Shown piece after piece: positions 40,101 through 52,100 of a DNA stretch of 64,000 nucleotides. Every line of letters begins with the position of its first letter. Position 1 is the stretch's first letter. Position numbers and translations under genes: made by a program. The notes beneath the pieces were generated by a model. It was not told where the DNA came from. It saw nothing but the letters and a program-made list of their open reading frames with translations, and ran no database searches. The DNA comes from Antedon mediterranea (taxonomy: Eukaryota; Animalia; Echinodermata): positions 9,672,001-9,736,000 of the forward strand of contig NC_092680.1 in NCBI RefSeq assembly GCF_964355755.1, in the 5' to 3' direction.

Positions 40101-43100
40101 AATGTCAGGGAGAGGGACTCTCGTGAACAATGCCCAAGATGTGGCGACGCCATGCACCTGGTGCATATGCGCAGGAGGAGGAGTGTCCCGAGGATTCGTA
40201 TCCAGCGCGAATTGCTGCAACAATCCAATTTGCGATCGTTGACTTCGCTGCCGGACGGAATGGGGACACTGAAGCGATAAACAGGTGTGAAACACCATCT
40301 AGCAAAGCTCTGGTTCTGTTGATGTAGATCTTAATCGCTCTAACAGGACACCAGAACCTGTCTTCCTCAACCCCTGAAATCGAGGCAATGGTGGGGACGA
40401 AAACGGCGGGCGGCGAGAAATTCAACGTTTGCGTCTTAGCTAGGAAGTCCTTCCTAAAAACTAGCCGAACGCCACCACGCTCAAACCTGATATGGCCTGG
40501 TTCTAAGGAGAGAGCGTGTAATTTGCCTCGGCGTTTGCATGACGCCACCGCCAGCAAGAACGCCGTCTTAAGCGAAAGGTTGTACAGAGAGGCCTTATGT
40601 AAAGGCTCAAATGGTGGACGTGTGAGAGCGGCTAGGACGACGTTGATGTCCCAGCGGGGAACCAAGGCCTTTGAAGGAGGCCGTTCTCTAAACATTCCAC
40701 GCAGCAAACTTGATATTGTGGTGGATGTTGAGACGCTCGAACCGTCTGGAAAAGTCGGTGTGATGGCACCTATGGCAGACCGATAGCCGGATATGGTGCG
40801 GACCTGTAAACCTGACTCAAACAGGTAATGCAGGAAAGCGCATACCTGCACCAATGTCACAGTCTTGGGGTGTGCCGGCTGGCGCTTGCACCAGTTAAAA
40901 TAATGCTTCAGACGGCTATCATAGACGGTGAGTGTTGATTCCCGGCGGGATTTCGCCGCGAGGGCGGCCGGGCCATCTGGTATGCCCGAGTCTCTGAGCT
41001 GATCCCTGACAATGGCCAAGCAGTCAGGTGCAGGGATCGGAGGTTCGAAGCGGAGAACCTGGCTCGGCCCTGAGTCAGCAAGTCCTCGCGTACCGGAAGA
41101 CGGAGGGGCTGATCGTAGAGCAGACTGTTGATCAGCGGAAACCATGGCTGGCGTGGCCAAAAAGGCGCGATCAACAGGACTCAACAGGCAATGATAGCGC
41201 TGAATGTGCGTTAGGACGATCGGAATGATCGAAATCGGCGGGAATGCGTACGCCCATAGACCGTTCCACGGAATGGACAGCGCATCCACCACCTACGCCT
41301 GAGCATCCCTGACGCGACTGCAATACGTCGGGAGCTGCGTGTTGACTGACGACGCAAACAGGTCTACAAGGGGCCGCCCGAAGTGGTCGAATATTTGGGC
41401 GGCAACAGTTGGCAGAAGGCGCCATTCCGTCGGACGCAGTCCTGGTCGGGACAGACTGTCCGCAACAACATTCAGTCGGCCTGCTATGTGGGCCGCTGTC
41501 AAAGTGATGTTGTTGCTGATGCACCACATCTGTAGAGACCACGTGTGGCAACACAGCGTTGGGGACCTTATGCCTCCTTGCCGATTGATATAAGCCACGA
41601 CCGTGGTGTTGTCGGAATGTACCAGAACGTGCTGGTTCGCCAGGCGGGGCAGGAGTGCTTTCAGAGTGCGCTCGACTGCCCACAACTCTAGAAGGTTGAT
41701 GTGGCCGCACGTCTCTACGGGCGACCAAACGCCGGAGACGCGACTTTCTGTGGACGGTAAATAACCGCCCCAGCCTATCTCGGAAGCATCCGTATCTATA
41801 CGGATGTCCGGAATGGACCTTTGAATAGGTCTGCCCACAGTCAACCTGCCGTCTGCGAGCCACCAGTCGAGATGCGTTCGGATGAACGCATTCGACAAAA
41901 CCACTTTTTGCAGAGAGTCTGAATTTGGACGGAACAAGGCCAGCAGATGCAGTTGTAGAGGCCGCATTCTGAGCCGGCAAAACGGAACCAAGGCAACGAA
42001 ACTGGTCAGGTACCCAAGGGTCTGTAGCCAGTCGTAAGCCGTTGGCGCAGGACAAGTGACTAGGTACTGCACTGATAGTCGTGCTTTTTGTACCCTCTCC
42101 TGTGAGGGGCGAATCAAGCCCGTCATAAGATCGATTTCTGCAACGAATTGGTAAACACGATCATGAATCCGGAAGCGCAACCAACGTTAGTCTTGCTCCG
42201 CAATAGGCACATGAAAGTACGCGTCTTTCAAGTCTATTGACGCCGCCCAGTCGCCTCGCCGCAACCCCAGCAGGATGGATGGTATTGTCTCCATTCTGAA
42301 CCTGCGGGGAAGGATGAACCGTTTGTTCAGACTCCGCAGATTTAATATGGGTCGGCAATCGCCGGACTTCTTCTCGGCGAGAAACACGGTGGACTCGTGT
42401 CCCGGGGACGCATAGAGTTCGTTTACCGGCACCACGGCACCTTTGCGGAGAAGTGCAGAAAGGCCCTCCATGAGCGCCTGTTTCTTTACGGGTTCGGATG
42501 GAACCCTTGTTGGTCGAGGACCGCCGCACAGCGGCGGACTCGTGAACTCTATGGCGTACCCGTGCGTCACGGTAGAGAGAACCCATTTGTCTGTAGTAAG
42601 GGTCTCCCAAACCCCTGCATAGCGTAGTAGGCGACCCCCCACCTCTCCATCCTCCGCCGTGAGGACGGGCGCCCCGAGGGCGTCACCGGCGCCTCGCATT
42701 ACCCGAGCGCCAACAGCCACCGCGGCGGGCGCTTCTTCTTCCACCACCACGGTGGGGATTGTTATTCTGTGGGTAGGAGGTCCAAGTCTGAAAGGCAGGC
42801 TGAGCCGGTGTAGGAGGAGGGGGAACGGGTGCGGGTGCACGCGGCGGTACCACGGGGAGAAGAGGAGGCGGTCGTGTCGACCTTGATCTAGAGCGTTGTT
42901 TAAGAAAATTTGACCTACTTGCGTCTAAGCCTTGGTCTTCGCGGACCCGTCCCTTAGCGGCGTCCGGAATGACGTAATATAGTGTTCAAACTGTTGAGTA
43001 GGTACTGGAAAGGCCGCTCCGAGAACAAACGGCGCAGGCTTAGGAATCTTCGGTTCCTTAGCTATAAGCTCGATCCTATCTATAAGCTCAGGATCAAGCG

Positions 43101-46100
43101 GCACAACCGGGCACGTGGAGGTCCTCTTCAGCGGCGTGCGCAGACCGAACGTCGAAAAACGTTTCGACGATGGCGCGGGCTTCGGCTCGTTAAACGCGTA
43201 GTCGACTCCAAGAAATTCGAGTACCGCCGGGACAGTACGAAGCACTAATGCCTGCAGGCCCTCACCCTCCGGTCCCTCACGCTCTCTCGCGCGCTCCTCA
43301 TCAGAGAGCGTGACCATCGTCAAATCGGACTCGTACCCTCTGACGATGGACGGGCCCTCAGACACAGACGTCTGAGGTGAGGGCCGAAGTTCGATGTACG
43401 GAACTTGGGGAGGGCCGGTATGACGAGAGGTTGCAGAGGGCATCTCCCTAGGCAACGCTCTCACCGCTGCCGAGATAGCTTGCATGACTGCCGGGGAGAG
43501 AACATCCGGATCGGCCGCAGCTGCAGCGGAGGCAGGCATCGCGGGAGGAGCATTCTCGCGTGCAGGTGTAGGCTGACTAACAACTGTTTCCTGAGTTACA
43601 CACAGTGTGGGGTCAGTGACCTCCACACGATCCCGAGGCTTAGGTAGCGACGCGAACTTCGCAGGGGTCCACTGGACACAATATCGCACGGAGCCTCCTC
43701 ACTACAAGAACGGCAATTAATGCATTTTGCGTGCCGATCCCACTTGGTCGTAGCATGGGGACCCTTGCACTGTATGCACTCTGATTTTGGCATAGTGCCA
43801 ACTAACAATCGTATTGTTACACAACGTACACCTAACGCAAACGGAGTAAACTAACTAACGGCGTGTGTACTTGTTTCTATCCTAGCACGCTAGGATAACG
43901 ATTTGCAACGTATCACTATTTCTATTCTAGGCCTAAAATAACGTTTTCAAACGTAACTAGAATCCTCTAGATAAGCCTACAATAACGGATCTCAACGTAT
44001 CCACACTAGTCCAGTCCCTAAGGGGAGAAAAAGGGGTGGGATGTTACCAGACTGGATACAAATTTTTCAGTATAGCAGTTTGGTAGAGTATAGTGTGGAG
44101 ATGCCAAAACAAAGTTACTGGAAATCTGATTTGACCTCTGTGACCTCTGACCTCAATTTTTATATTTTTCTATTATATAACTAAAAATCGCCATATCTTG
44201 ACAACGCAGGGACATTTGACATTTATTTTTTTTTCAAAATGCTTGGAAGATATATATTTATATTCGCTATAATGAAAATAATTGTACAAAAATGGCCGCA
44301 AAGGCTTTATTTTTCAGTTTGACCTTTGACCTTGATTGCCTAATATCTCAATAACACGCAATTTCAGAGATTTGAGAATGGGCTCAAAATGTTAAGAAAA
44401 TAAATCTAATATTTAGTCTAATAGAAACTTTTTTCAAAAAATTACCATAAATCAAGCTTTTTTGACCCTTGACCTCTAATGTTTGAATATGTCAATATCT
44501 CGGTAACTATTTGTCCTAAAAAGTTCAGTTTGGTGTCAAATTGTTTAGAATATACACATTTATATTTGCTCTAACAAAATATTTTGTCAGAATTCAATTG
44601 GAAATGTCATTTTGAGCTAAGACCCATCGTTTTGCATATATTTAGCAATTAATAATCTAAAAAAAGAGATCGAGAGAGGGGAGGGGGTTGGGGTGGATGG
44701 AGAGACACATATTTTTGTTACATGTTACACAAATGTTAAACTCTGTCTACACTATAACATTTTTATGCAACAAAAAAATGTGATGTGCCCATATATGGAC
44801 ACGATGAATGACATATCACTACCATATTTGGGCACATCACACCTTTTTTGTTAAACTAGTTTATAGTGTAGACAAACATGTAAAAAATATGTGTCTCTCC
44901 ATCACCCCAACCACCTCCCCCTCTCTCGCTTTTCCAATGCTACTGCATGCATCTATACAAATCAAGATGACAGGAATTGTACTGGAAAGTTTTTAGCTAC
45001 ATTTGAAAATAAGTCCCAGAGGATGGGTGTATTGTAATGTTATCAGAATTATGGCAATTGTTTGTAATGGGAAAGTTTTAAAACTACATTTTAAATATTT
45101 GCTAATAATATCACATGCTATTAAAGATATACTTATTTTCCCCCTGACAAAAGTAATTTTGACAAATATTTTTGTTGAATATGCAATTTTAATGTCACAC
45201 ATAATAGTTTCACCAAAATTGGATTGAAAAAAAATGATATAGTGCATACCCAAAAAAACTGTAATTCAAAGCAAAAAATAGGCTGGAAGTCATTTTGTCT
45301 TTAAAGTGATATTTACTCCTATTTTTTAGATTAGCTCTTTGATTAAACACCTCTTCCAATGCAGTGAAGATCTTAAGTGTCGCCTTGTCTTACTAATCTT
45401 CCTTTAACTTCTCTTTGAACGATCGTAATCAATATTTGTTGAGGTATAATATTTCCCTCTAATATGGTAATGCCTGTTTTATTGAGTCAAATGCTTTCTG
45501 ATAATATCTAAATCAAAGATTTGGTGATATTCATTTCCTTTTTATTTTAGTTGATTGACAAACTGTATAAGATGGTCCTACTGTATAAAGCCTTATATAT
45601 TGGTTTATTTACTTCTAGTCGGTCTCTGATTTTGTTTTTTGATTACTTTTGTAAATTATTTGTGTACATGTGATAATGTTCGTTTGGTCGGTAATGGTTG
45701 ATGTCAGTTTTGTCATGTTTTTGTGGATTAAAGTATAATTATCATTGCTTCTCTTAATTTCTTCTGGTTTCAAAGATTTTGTTGTATAGTGTTATGAGCT
45801 GGATGTGTTATTGCCTCATCAAGCCAAGATGGTAATTTTGACTGCTCACTGGTTTGTTTTCCTTTTATATTCCACTACAGTATGTTCTTGAAAAGAAATT
45901 AGCTTTGTAATTAATTTGTCTTTGATCCTTTTCAGATTTCTAATATTTTAAACATGTTTTTCTTTTCTTCGCTTTTTCCTCACTGTTTCAAACATTTTAT
46001 TTTTTCAGCATACTTCAAGCAATTAATTGATAATTAGGTCATATGTTTTATGAGTATCAAATCGCATTGGTTAATTCTTCTTTTCTTTCTGTGTATTGTT

Positions 46101-49100
46101 CCTTTGACTAATTCTAAAAAAATAAAAAATAAAAGATTTCGAAAAAAGGTGGCTAATTTTGAAGTATCATAATAATTATTAACTTTCACCAAAAATTTTT
46201 CGAAAAAAAAAATCATTTAACTGAAATACAGACGTTTTTTTGTTAAAAAAATAACTTTGACTTCCAGTCAAAGTTTTCGATCAAAACATATCCCATAATG
46301 AAACGCGCTTGTTTGGCTACTCTGTATGCATAATCATAAAACTTCCTTATGATCTGTGTGAAAATACCTTCTCAACCGTGACGAGTTGTAAACAATCCTA
46401 ATTAGCATATGCATAATGCATACTCATGGTTTGAAATCTTTGTTTACTTTCGCTCGCGACGATTTTCCAGATAAAATGTAATCAAACTAATTTACCTGTT
46501 AATTACATAAACTAGTTGTTTTAGCTTGAATTTTCGACTTAAAGTGAATAACTTTAATATTACTTTGATATGGCCACTTTAAATTTAGAATATTTTGACC
46601 TTCATTTTTTTGTGTTTCAAGGGACAATACATCATTAAGATCCTGATTTTCTTTCTTTTTTTTTAAATGTTATTTAACTTTTAAGTTTATCTAATTTTTT
46701 GTTGATATTAAGTGTTGCTCTTACGGTGTAGGCCTACCATGCGATGGAATTATATATTGAAATTAAATTAAACATTAAGTTTTAAGAAAATTGTAAAAGG
46801 TTAAATAGGATATTGAATGTAGTTCTGGTCCATTAAATCTATATTTTAGGTATATTATTATAAGTATGACACACGCACGCTTAACAGTATATCCTGGTCA
46901 TACCTCAAACTGGCATTTCCAGTAAAAATATGATAACATCTTCTATTAGAGCTAATATAAATGTTTACATTTTGAACATTTTGAAACCAAGTTGAACTTT
47001 TTATGACATTTGGTTACAGAGATACAGACATATTTACACATTAAAGGTCAAAGGTCAGTAAATGACATTTCCTGTGGATTTGGAAGAACATGTTTAATTA
47101 GAGTATATATAAATATGTATGCTCTTAACAATTTGAAACAAATTTCAAGAAATTTTGACCAGTAGTTATTGAGATATAGTAAGCCGAGGTCAAAGGTCGA
47201 AACATTGAGAAATTACATTTCCGGTCGTTTTTTTTGAAAAAAGTTCTATTAGAGCGAATATAAATATGTACCCTCTGATCTATTTGTCACCAATATCATT
47301 TCAATTGTCAAACCCGTTGCAGAGATATGGCTGTTTAAGATAGAAATATAAAAATTGAGGTCAGAGGTCACAGAGGTCAAATCAGATTTCCAGTAACTTT
47401 GTTTTGGTATCTCCATATCATGTTCTATCAACATGCCAAAGGGCACACTTGTATCCACTATGGTAACATCATTTCCCCTTAGGGACTGGACTACACACAA
47501 CAAGGAATGACTAAGCCTGTCTAATCACTATATTGACTGAACAAAGGAACTTAGCTTCGGCTTGTATTTCTCTGAATTCCTGGAATTCTATCGTCCTTTG
47601 TATCACGTACGAACACAACGGCAGTACGAAAAGAAATGATGACGCTACTACGTTGGATGCCTCCCTCTTGAGGGCGTGGTTACGGATGCGTGCATTATCC
47701 GATAGGGGTGCTATGTTATATATACAGATTTTTCTTTTTCGTAAATTGTATCCTCTCTTCGGAGAGAGAGGCTATATTGTCGGTTTATCCAGGTAAGCAG
47801 GCACGAAATAGACTGACCATTTTTAAATGGGCATGTGATTCATAATTAAAGAACTATCTTTGACTTGTATCAATTTTTGGGATTAAAGGACATCGTTTTA
47901 ATAATTAATCATAAATATATCTGAAGAAAGAACAATGATTAATTTTGAAATGTTGAGCAGCCTTTTTTGTAAGAAATATTTCTTGTTTATTCATGTTTAA
48001 CCAGTTATTTGCAGGCAGATGGTGTAAAATACAACAACAAACAAATGGTGGCAAGATTTTTTGGAGTTGAAGAGATTATATAGGAGGCTAAGGTAAATTT
48101 TACACATACAGTACATATAATAAAAGAAAACAATTAGCTTACTGGAGAAGTGCATCTCTAACATGTGGAATTCCACAGATGCTGCGATTATGTAAGACTT
48201 CTAGTAAATGGCAGCCATGTACATGACGTGATTCTAACTGAGTCAGTAACACAGTGAATTCTTTAAAAACTGGATGGAACACCTCCAAAGCTTGCTGTAT
48301 ATGTGAGAGAGGCAAGTGCACATCTTCCAGAACCTGTGCAAAATTAAATATATAAAACTGTTTAAAAATAATTTATAATATATATAAAATATAATTACAA
48401 GTGATGAATATTTATGAGTTATGAGATGGATTTAAATAGGAGTCAGGATTTCAATATTCTCCCCAATTAACAAATACAATTTGTTCAATGACACACCAAC
48501 TGTAAGCTTTAACTTGATTAATCTGATGCTCTATCTTTAATGAGGCTCTTGGCTGCAGAGTACAACATGCTGTGGCGCACACCGGGTTGGTTGTTCAAAT
48601 GTTGCACAAAATTCCCTTTCTACAAAAAGCTGCCGTGTAATAGAACCATTTAGAAGTTTTACAGTAGAATAGAACTAATATTGAACTGAAATGCATAGAA
48701 CTTTAGATACTGTGTACTCATATCACTTGAAAATACTGTATTTATTCTTACTTCTTGTTCCAATCTTAATAGAACTTTTCTGTAATTATCCAACACGGTA
48801 TCCAAACCTACACAGAGTGCTCTTATGTACAAGCCATCATCAAGCTCATTTTTAGAGGCTAAAAAATATAATTTAATGATATATTTATTTTCACTCTTGA
48901 ATACAATGTCCTATAAAAGATTGAACTTAACACTACAATAAAATACCTTTCTTTGCTTTGCTTTGTCTGTGTCATCCACCACAAATAATTTTGTACTGTA
49001 ATTTGAATGTAGTTAGTTTAATAAGCTTACTTTCGTTCTCAATGACAGAGTGAGGTAACGATGGCTTTCCAGAGTATGCTGTGATAAATTCTTGAAATTG

Positions 49101-52100
49101 CCTGTAGTGTGTTCCAAGTTGACACATACGGTTTAAAAGTGCAACTTCACAGCAATGAAGGAACGGCAGATCAGGTGCAACCTGGATAATAAATAGTATC
49201 AGTCTATGTTGTAGTGTTGGTGGCTTACCTTCTAGGAGGCAGTAGCGTAACGTAGAGGCATGAGGCCTCTGATTTAGGGATGCTAAGAGGCTTAGGCGAT
49301 TTTAGCCCTTTTTCGACTAATTTTAACGACACTGCTTCTAGGATGTGTTTAGGATCAGAGTAGCTACAGGTTAATAGATATTTAGGGTTGGGTTGTTAGA
49401 TTATTTAAATTGAAGGGCTATTGTATATAGGGCTAGGTAGATTACGTCCTTCTTGCTTCAGATGGGCTCACTTAAGGCTTTAGTAGGTGACAAAAGCATA
49501 TTTTGAAAGGTGTGGGGAAGCGGGGTTGGGGATTGTACCTCAACGATCTACTATTTAAAATAAAATGCACAGTCACGACGATAAGACAACTGACAATATA
49601 ATTAAATTAATCCAAAAAAAATTTGTATAGTTTAGCATTCCCGCCCACTTCCTTTTTGGACACCGTCTCCTTTTTAACTTTGTTTTAAAAAAAAATCTTC
49701 GTTTTATGCTAAAAAAAGTCAACAATCACAATAACTCTGGAAAATCAGCCTAGCATGCCAGAAAGAACGACAAAAGCAGGCAAACTCTTAGGAAAATAGC
49801 ATGACGACATCTTTGGGGAAAGAAAAAAAACGGAGGGCCCTCCTCCTCTTTTCTTTTTTGGAAAAGGCCCAGCCCTGCTACCTGATAGGCTAGTGAATCG
49901 GCCCTACAATTCAGCCCGTGGTGGGAAGATTCATCCCACTTTATACCAAATTTATATACATTTTTTGTAGTATTTATTCAGTTTTTAAAGGTGTTTAACT
50001 ATCCGTATTTTATTGATATTGGCAATGTTGATATAATAATATATAAAATACATTAATAACAAACGTAATTTTATATTCAATTTATTACTTCAAGAACTTT
50101 CTTAATTTCGGCCAACAGTGGGCATAACTTGTTTACATTGTATCGTTCACGTGGATAAAAAATTATCATTTTCGACAATGTTTTCAAAATGTTTGCTTTA
50201 TTGCAGGGGTGTTGCCCCAGTTGCCTGAGCAACACCCTTAATCTCATACTAAATACTAAAGTGTTATTCAATCTGTTTTAAGCTTTTGCTGTGTTACTTG
50301 GGTATAAAATGGTCTAACAAAGAAAAATGTGAGTGAGTTAAACAGAATACAGTAGTATTGGTGTCGAGATTAAAGGTATCACACAAATGTGTAATGATGG
50401 AATGATATACGTAGTAATACGGACCTTCCAAACTTTGAAATAACAGTGTTTAATTGCTTCTTTCTGCAAATTTTGATCATATTTTCTGTTCTGGGTGCAG
50501 TTTAAGCAATTTATAGTGGATAAATGAAAACGAATTTTGGTAATTGTGGTTTTACTGACTTATTTGTCAAAATATTACAATTTAACATTTTGCTTAATAT
50601 ATTTATAGCAGCAGCTTCATATTTTCTAACTTTAATTATTAATTGATAATAATAATTAATTTGTATTAGCTTACCGGAAGTACCTTCGTTGGAGACTTCC
50701 TCTGATGTTCGCATTAAACGCATAAAAACGATACTAGTCGTGTGTGTTTTACATAAAAAAAGGTGGGATACGATGGTATTGCTGTTTGGTAGCCCCATAT
50801 AGAGTGTTATTTCTGGCCATCTAGGGGTGTCATTTAACAAAACGTTGTGGACGATCTGGCCCATTATAAAATAAAGGAAAGACGATTGGGTCAACGAAAA
50901 TGACGAAAAATGAATTGGATTTATAATTGTTCACCATAAAATATTATTATATATTATGATTACCCTATTTACATTATTTGAACACAATAAAATAAAAAAC
51001 AAATAATGATCATTTAGGCTAAAAAGGGACTCAATGTTAATTTTTCTCTCTGCTGCCCAACAATTGCAATAGTAGGCCTCGAAACAGATTATACAGTTAC
51101 CAAATGACAAAATGTGGTGTTTTTTTTTTTAGCTTACGCCACCTTCATTAATCTAATAATTTTCTATCATATCTTTAGTATGGCTACTATTTATTATAAA
51201 CATTATTTGATGAGAACTCAATTATAAACTATAATACAAACAATACACTTGGCCTGATATGATAGTCTTAATTTTTGGGCCTGATAGTAGTAACATTGGG
51301 CCCGATAGCCAAGTGTATCGTTTGTAAATCAGTTCCCCTTATAATTGAGTTTACGGCATACGTACCGAGATGAAGTGAAATATTGTATTAGTTTTAACAG
51401 AGTATTTTGAGCGTTGAGATTGTTCAAACGAAAAAGCGTACTTTGTTACAGTTTTCAACATTTTTATACTTTTTTATCCTTATAATTGATCGAAACGTCG
51501 AGAAACTCAACAGCTCTTTTCAGAACTAATACACGTGGTGTACCGCAAACTTTATCAACGATTAATTAATTGTCAAGTTTAAAAGGTTCCTATTTAAAAA
51601 CAAAATACTAAAGAAAAACACAATGAAATCAATAATCCTGTATTATATTGTCGGTTTTTGTTTCCTTTTATTCACTATTTTTAATGTCTATGTTAGTCTT
51701 ATTGGTCCTTTTTGGTGTTTTTTTTTTCTATTGATCATACATTCCAATAATTATCGATATATAGTTTCCCCTATGTTTCATAATTTTTGGGATTTTATTT
51801 GTCTTACACGAGCTTGTTGAAAATAAGCACTTTTTTTATCAGTGGGGGGATAGTTCAAATTACACAGTTAAATCATCTCTATTCTTTTGTACACAAATTT
51901 TGTAAATAGAGAGGCATTTTAAAAAGCTATGAAAAATAAACGGTGTGGTAAAAAATGTTATCAGATGACTAAATATAGGTAATATAACTTGAATTTAACA
52001 TTTCTAGTATTTTTATACATCTTCAGATTTTTATTTTCATGCTATAGCAAAAATTATCCACCGTATATCCACCATCTTTTTTCACCTTCTAGGGAGTCAC

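Larger units (their letters stand above)
44007..47493. mobile_element. Non-autonomous Academ-like DNA transposon inserted in the DIRS 5' UTR
   Basis: TIRs TAGTCCAGTCCCTAAGGGGA / TCCCCTTAGGGACTGGACTA extending imperfectly for several hundred bp; 3-bp TSD CAC. Confidence 0.8.
39591..47814 (-). mobile_element. DIRS1-like tyrosine-recombinase retrotransposon in TUBGCP4 intron 4
   Basis: ITRs at about 39591-39795 and 47633-47814; internal complementary region 39832-39929 matching both termini; gag, RT/RNase H/methyltransferase-like and YR ORFs; no TSD; 5' UTR interrupted by 44007-47493. Confidence 0.93.

Noticed and set aside
40074-43647. Plus-strand ORFs over the DIRS element
   Set aside because: Antisense shadows of GC-rich coding DNA with no recognisable motifs.
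39930-43810. GC-rich block as bacterial/phage contamination or horizontal transfer (integrase plus methylase)
   Set aside because: Fully explained by a DIRS1-like element with ITRs and ICR inside a spliced host gene.
50511-50894. 127-aa minus-strand ORF in TUBGCP4 intron 1
   Set aside because: No ATG start, no motif, and not needed for the GCP4 reading frame.
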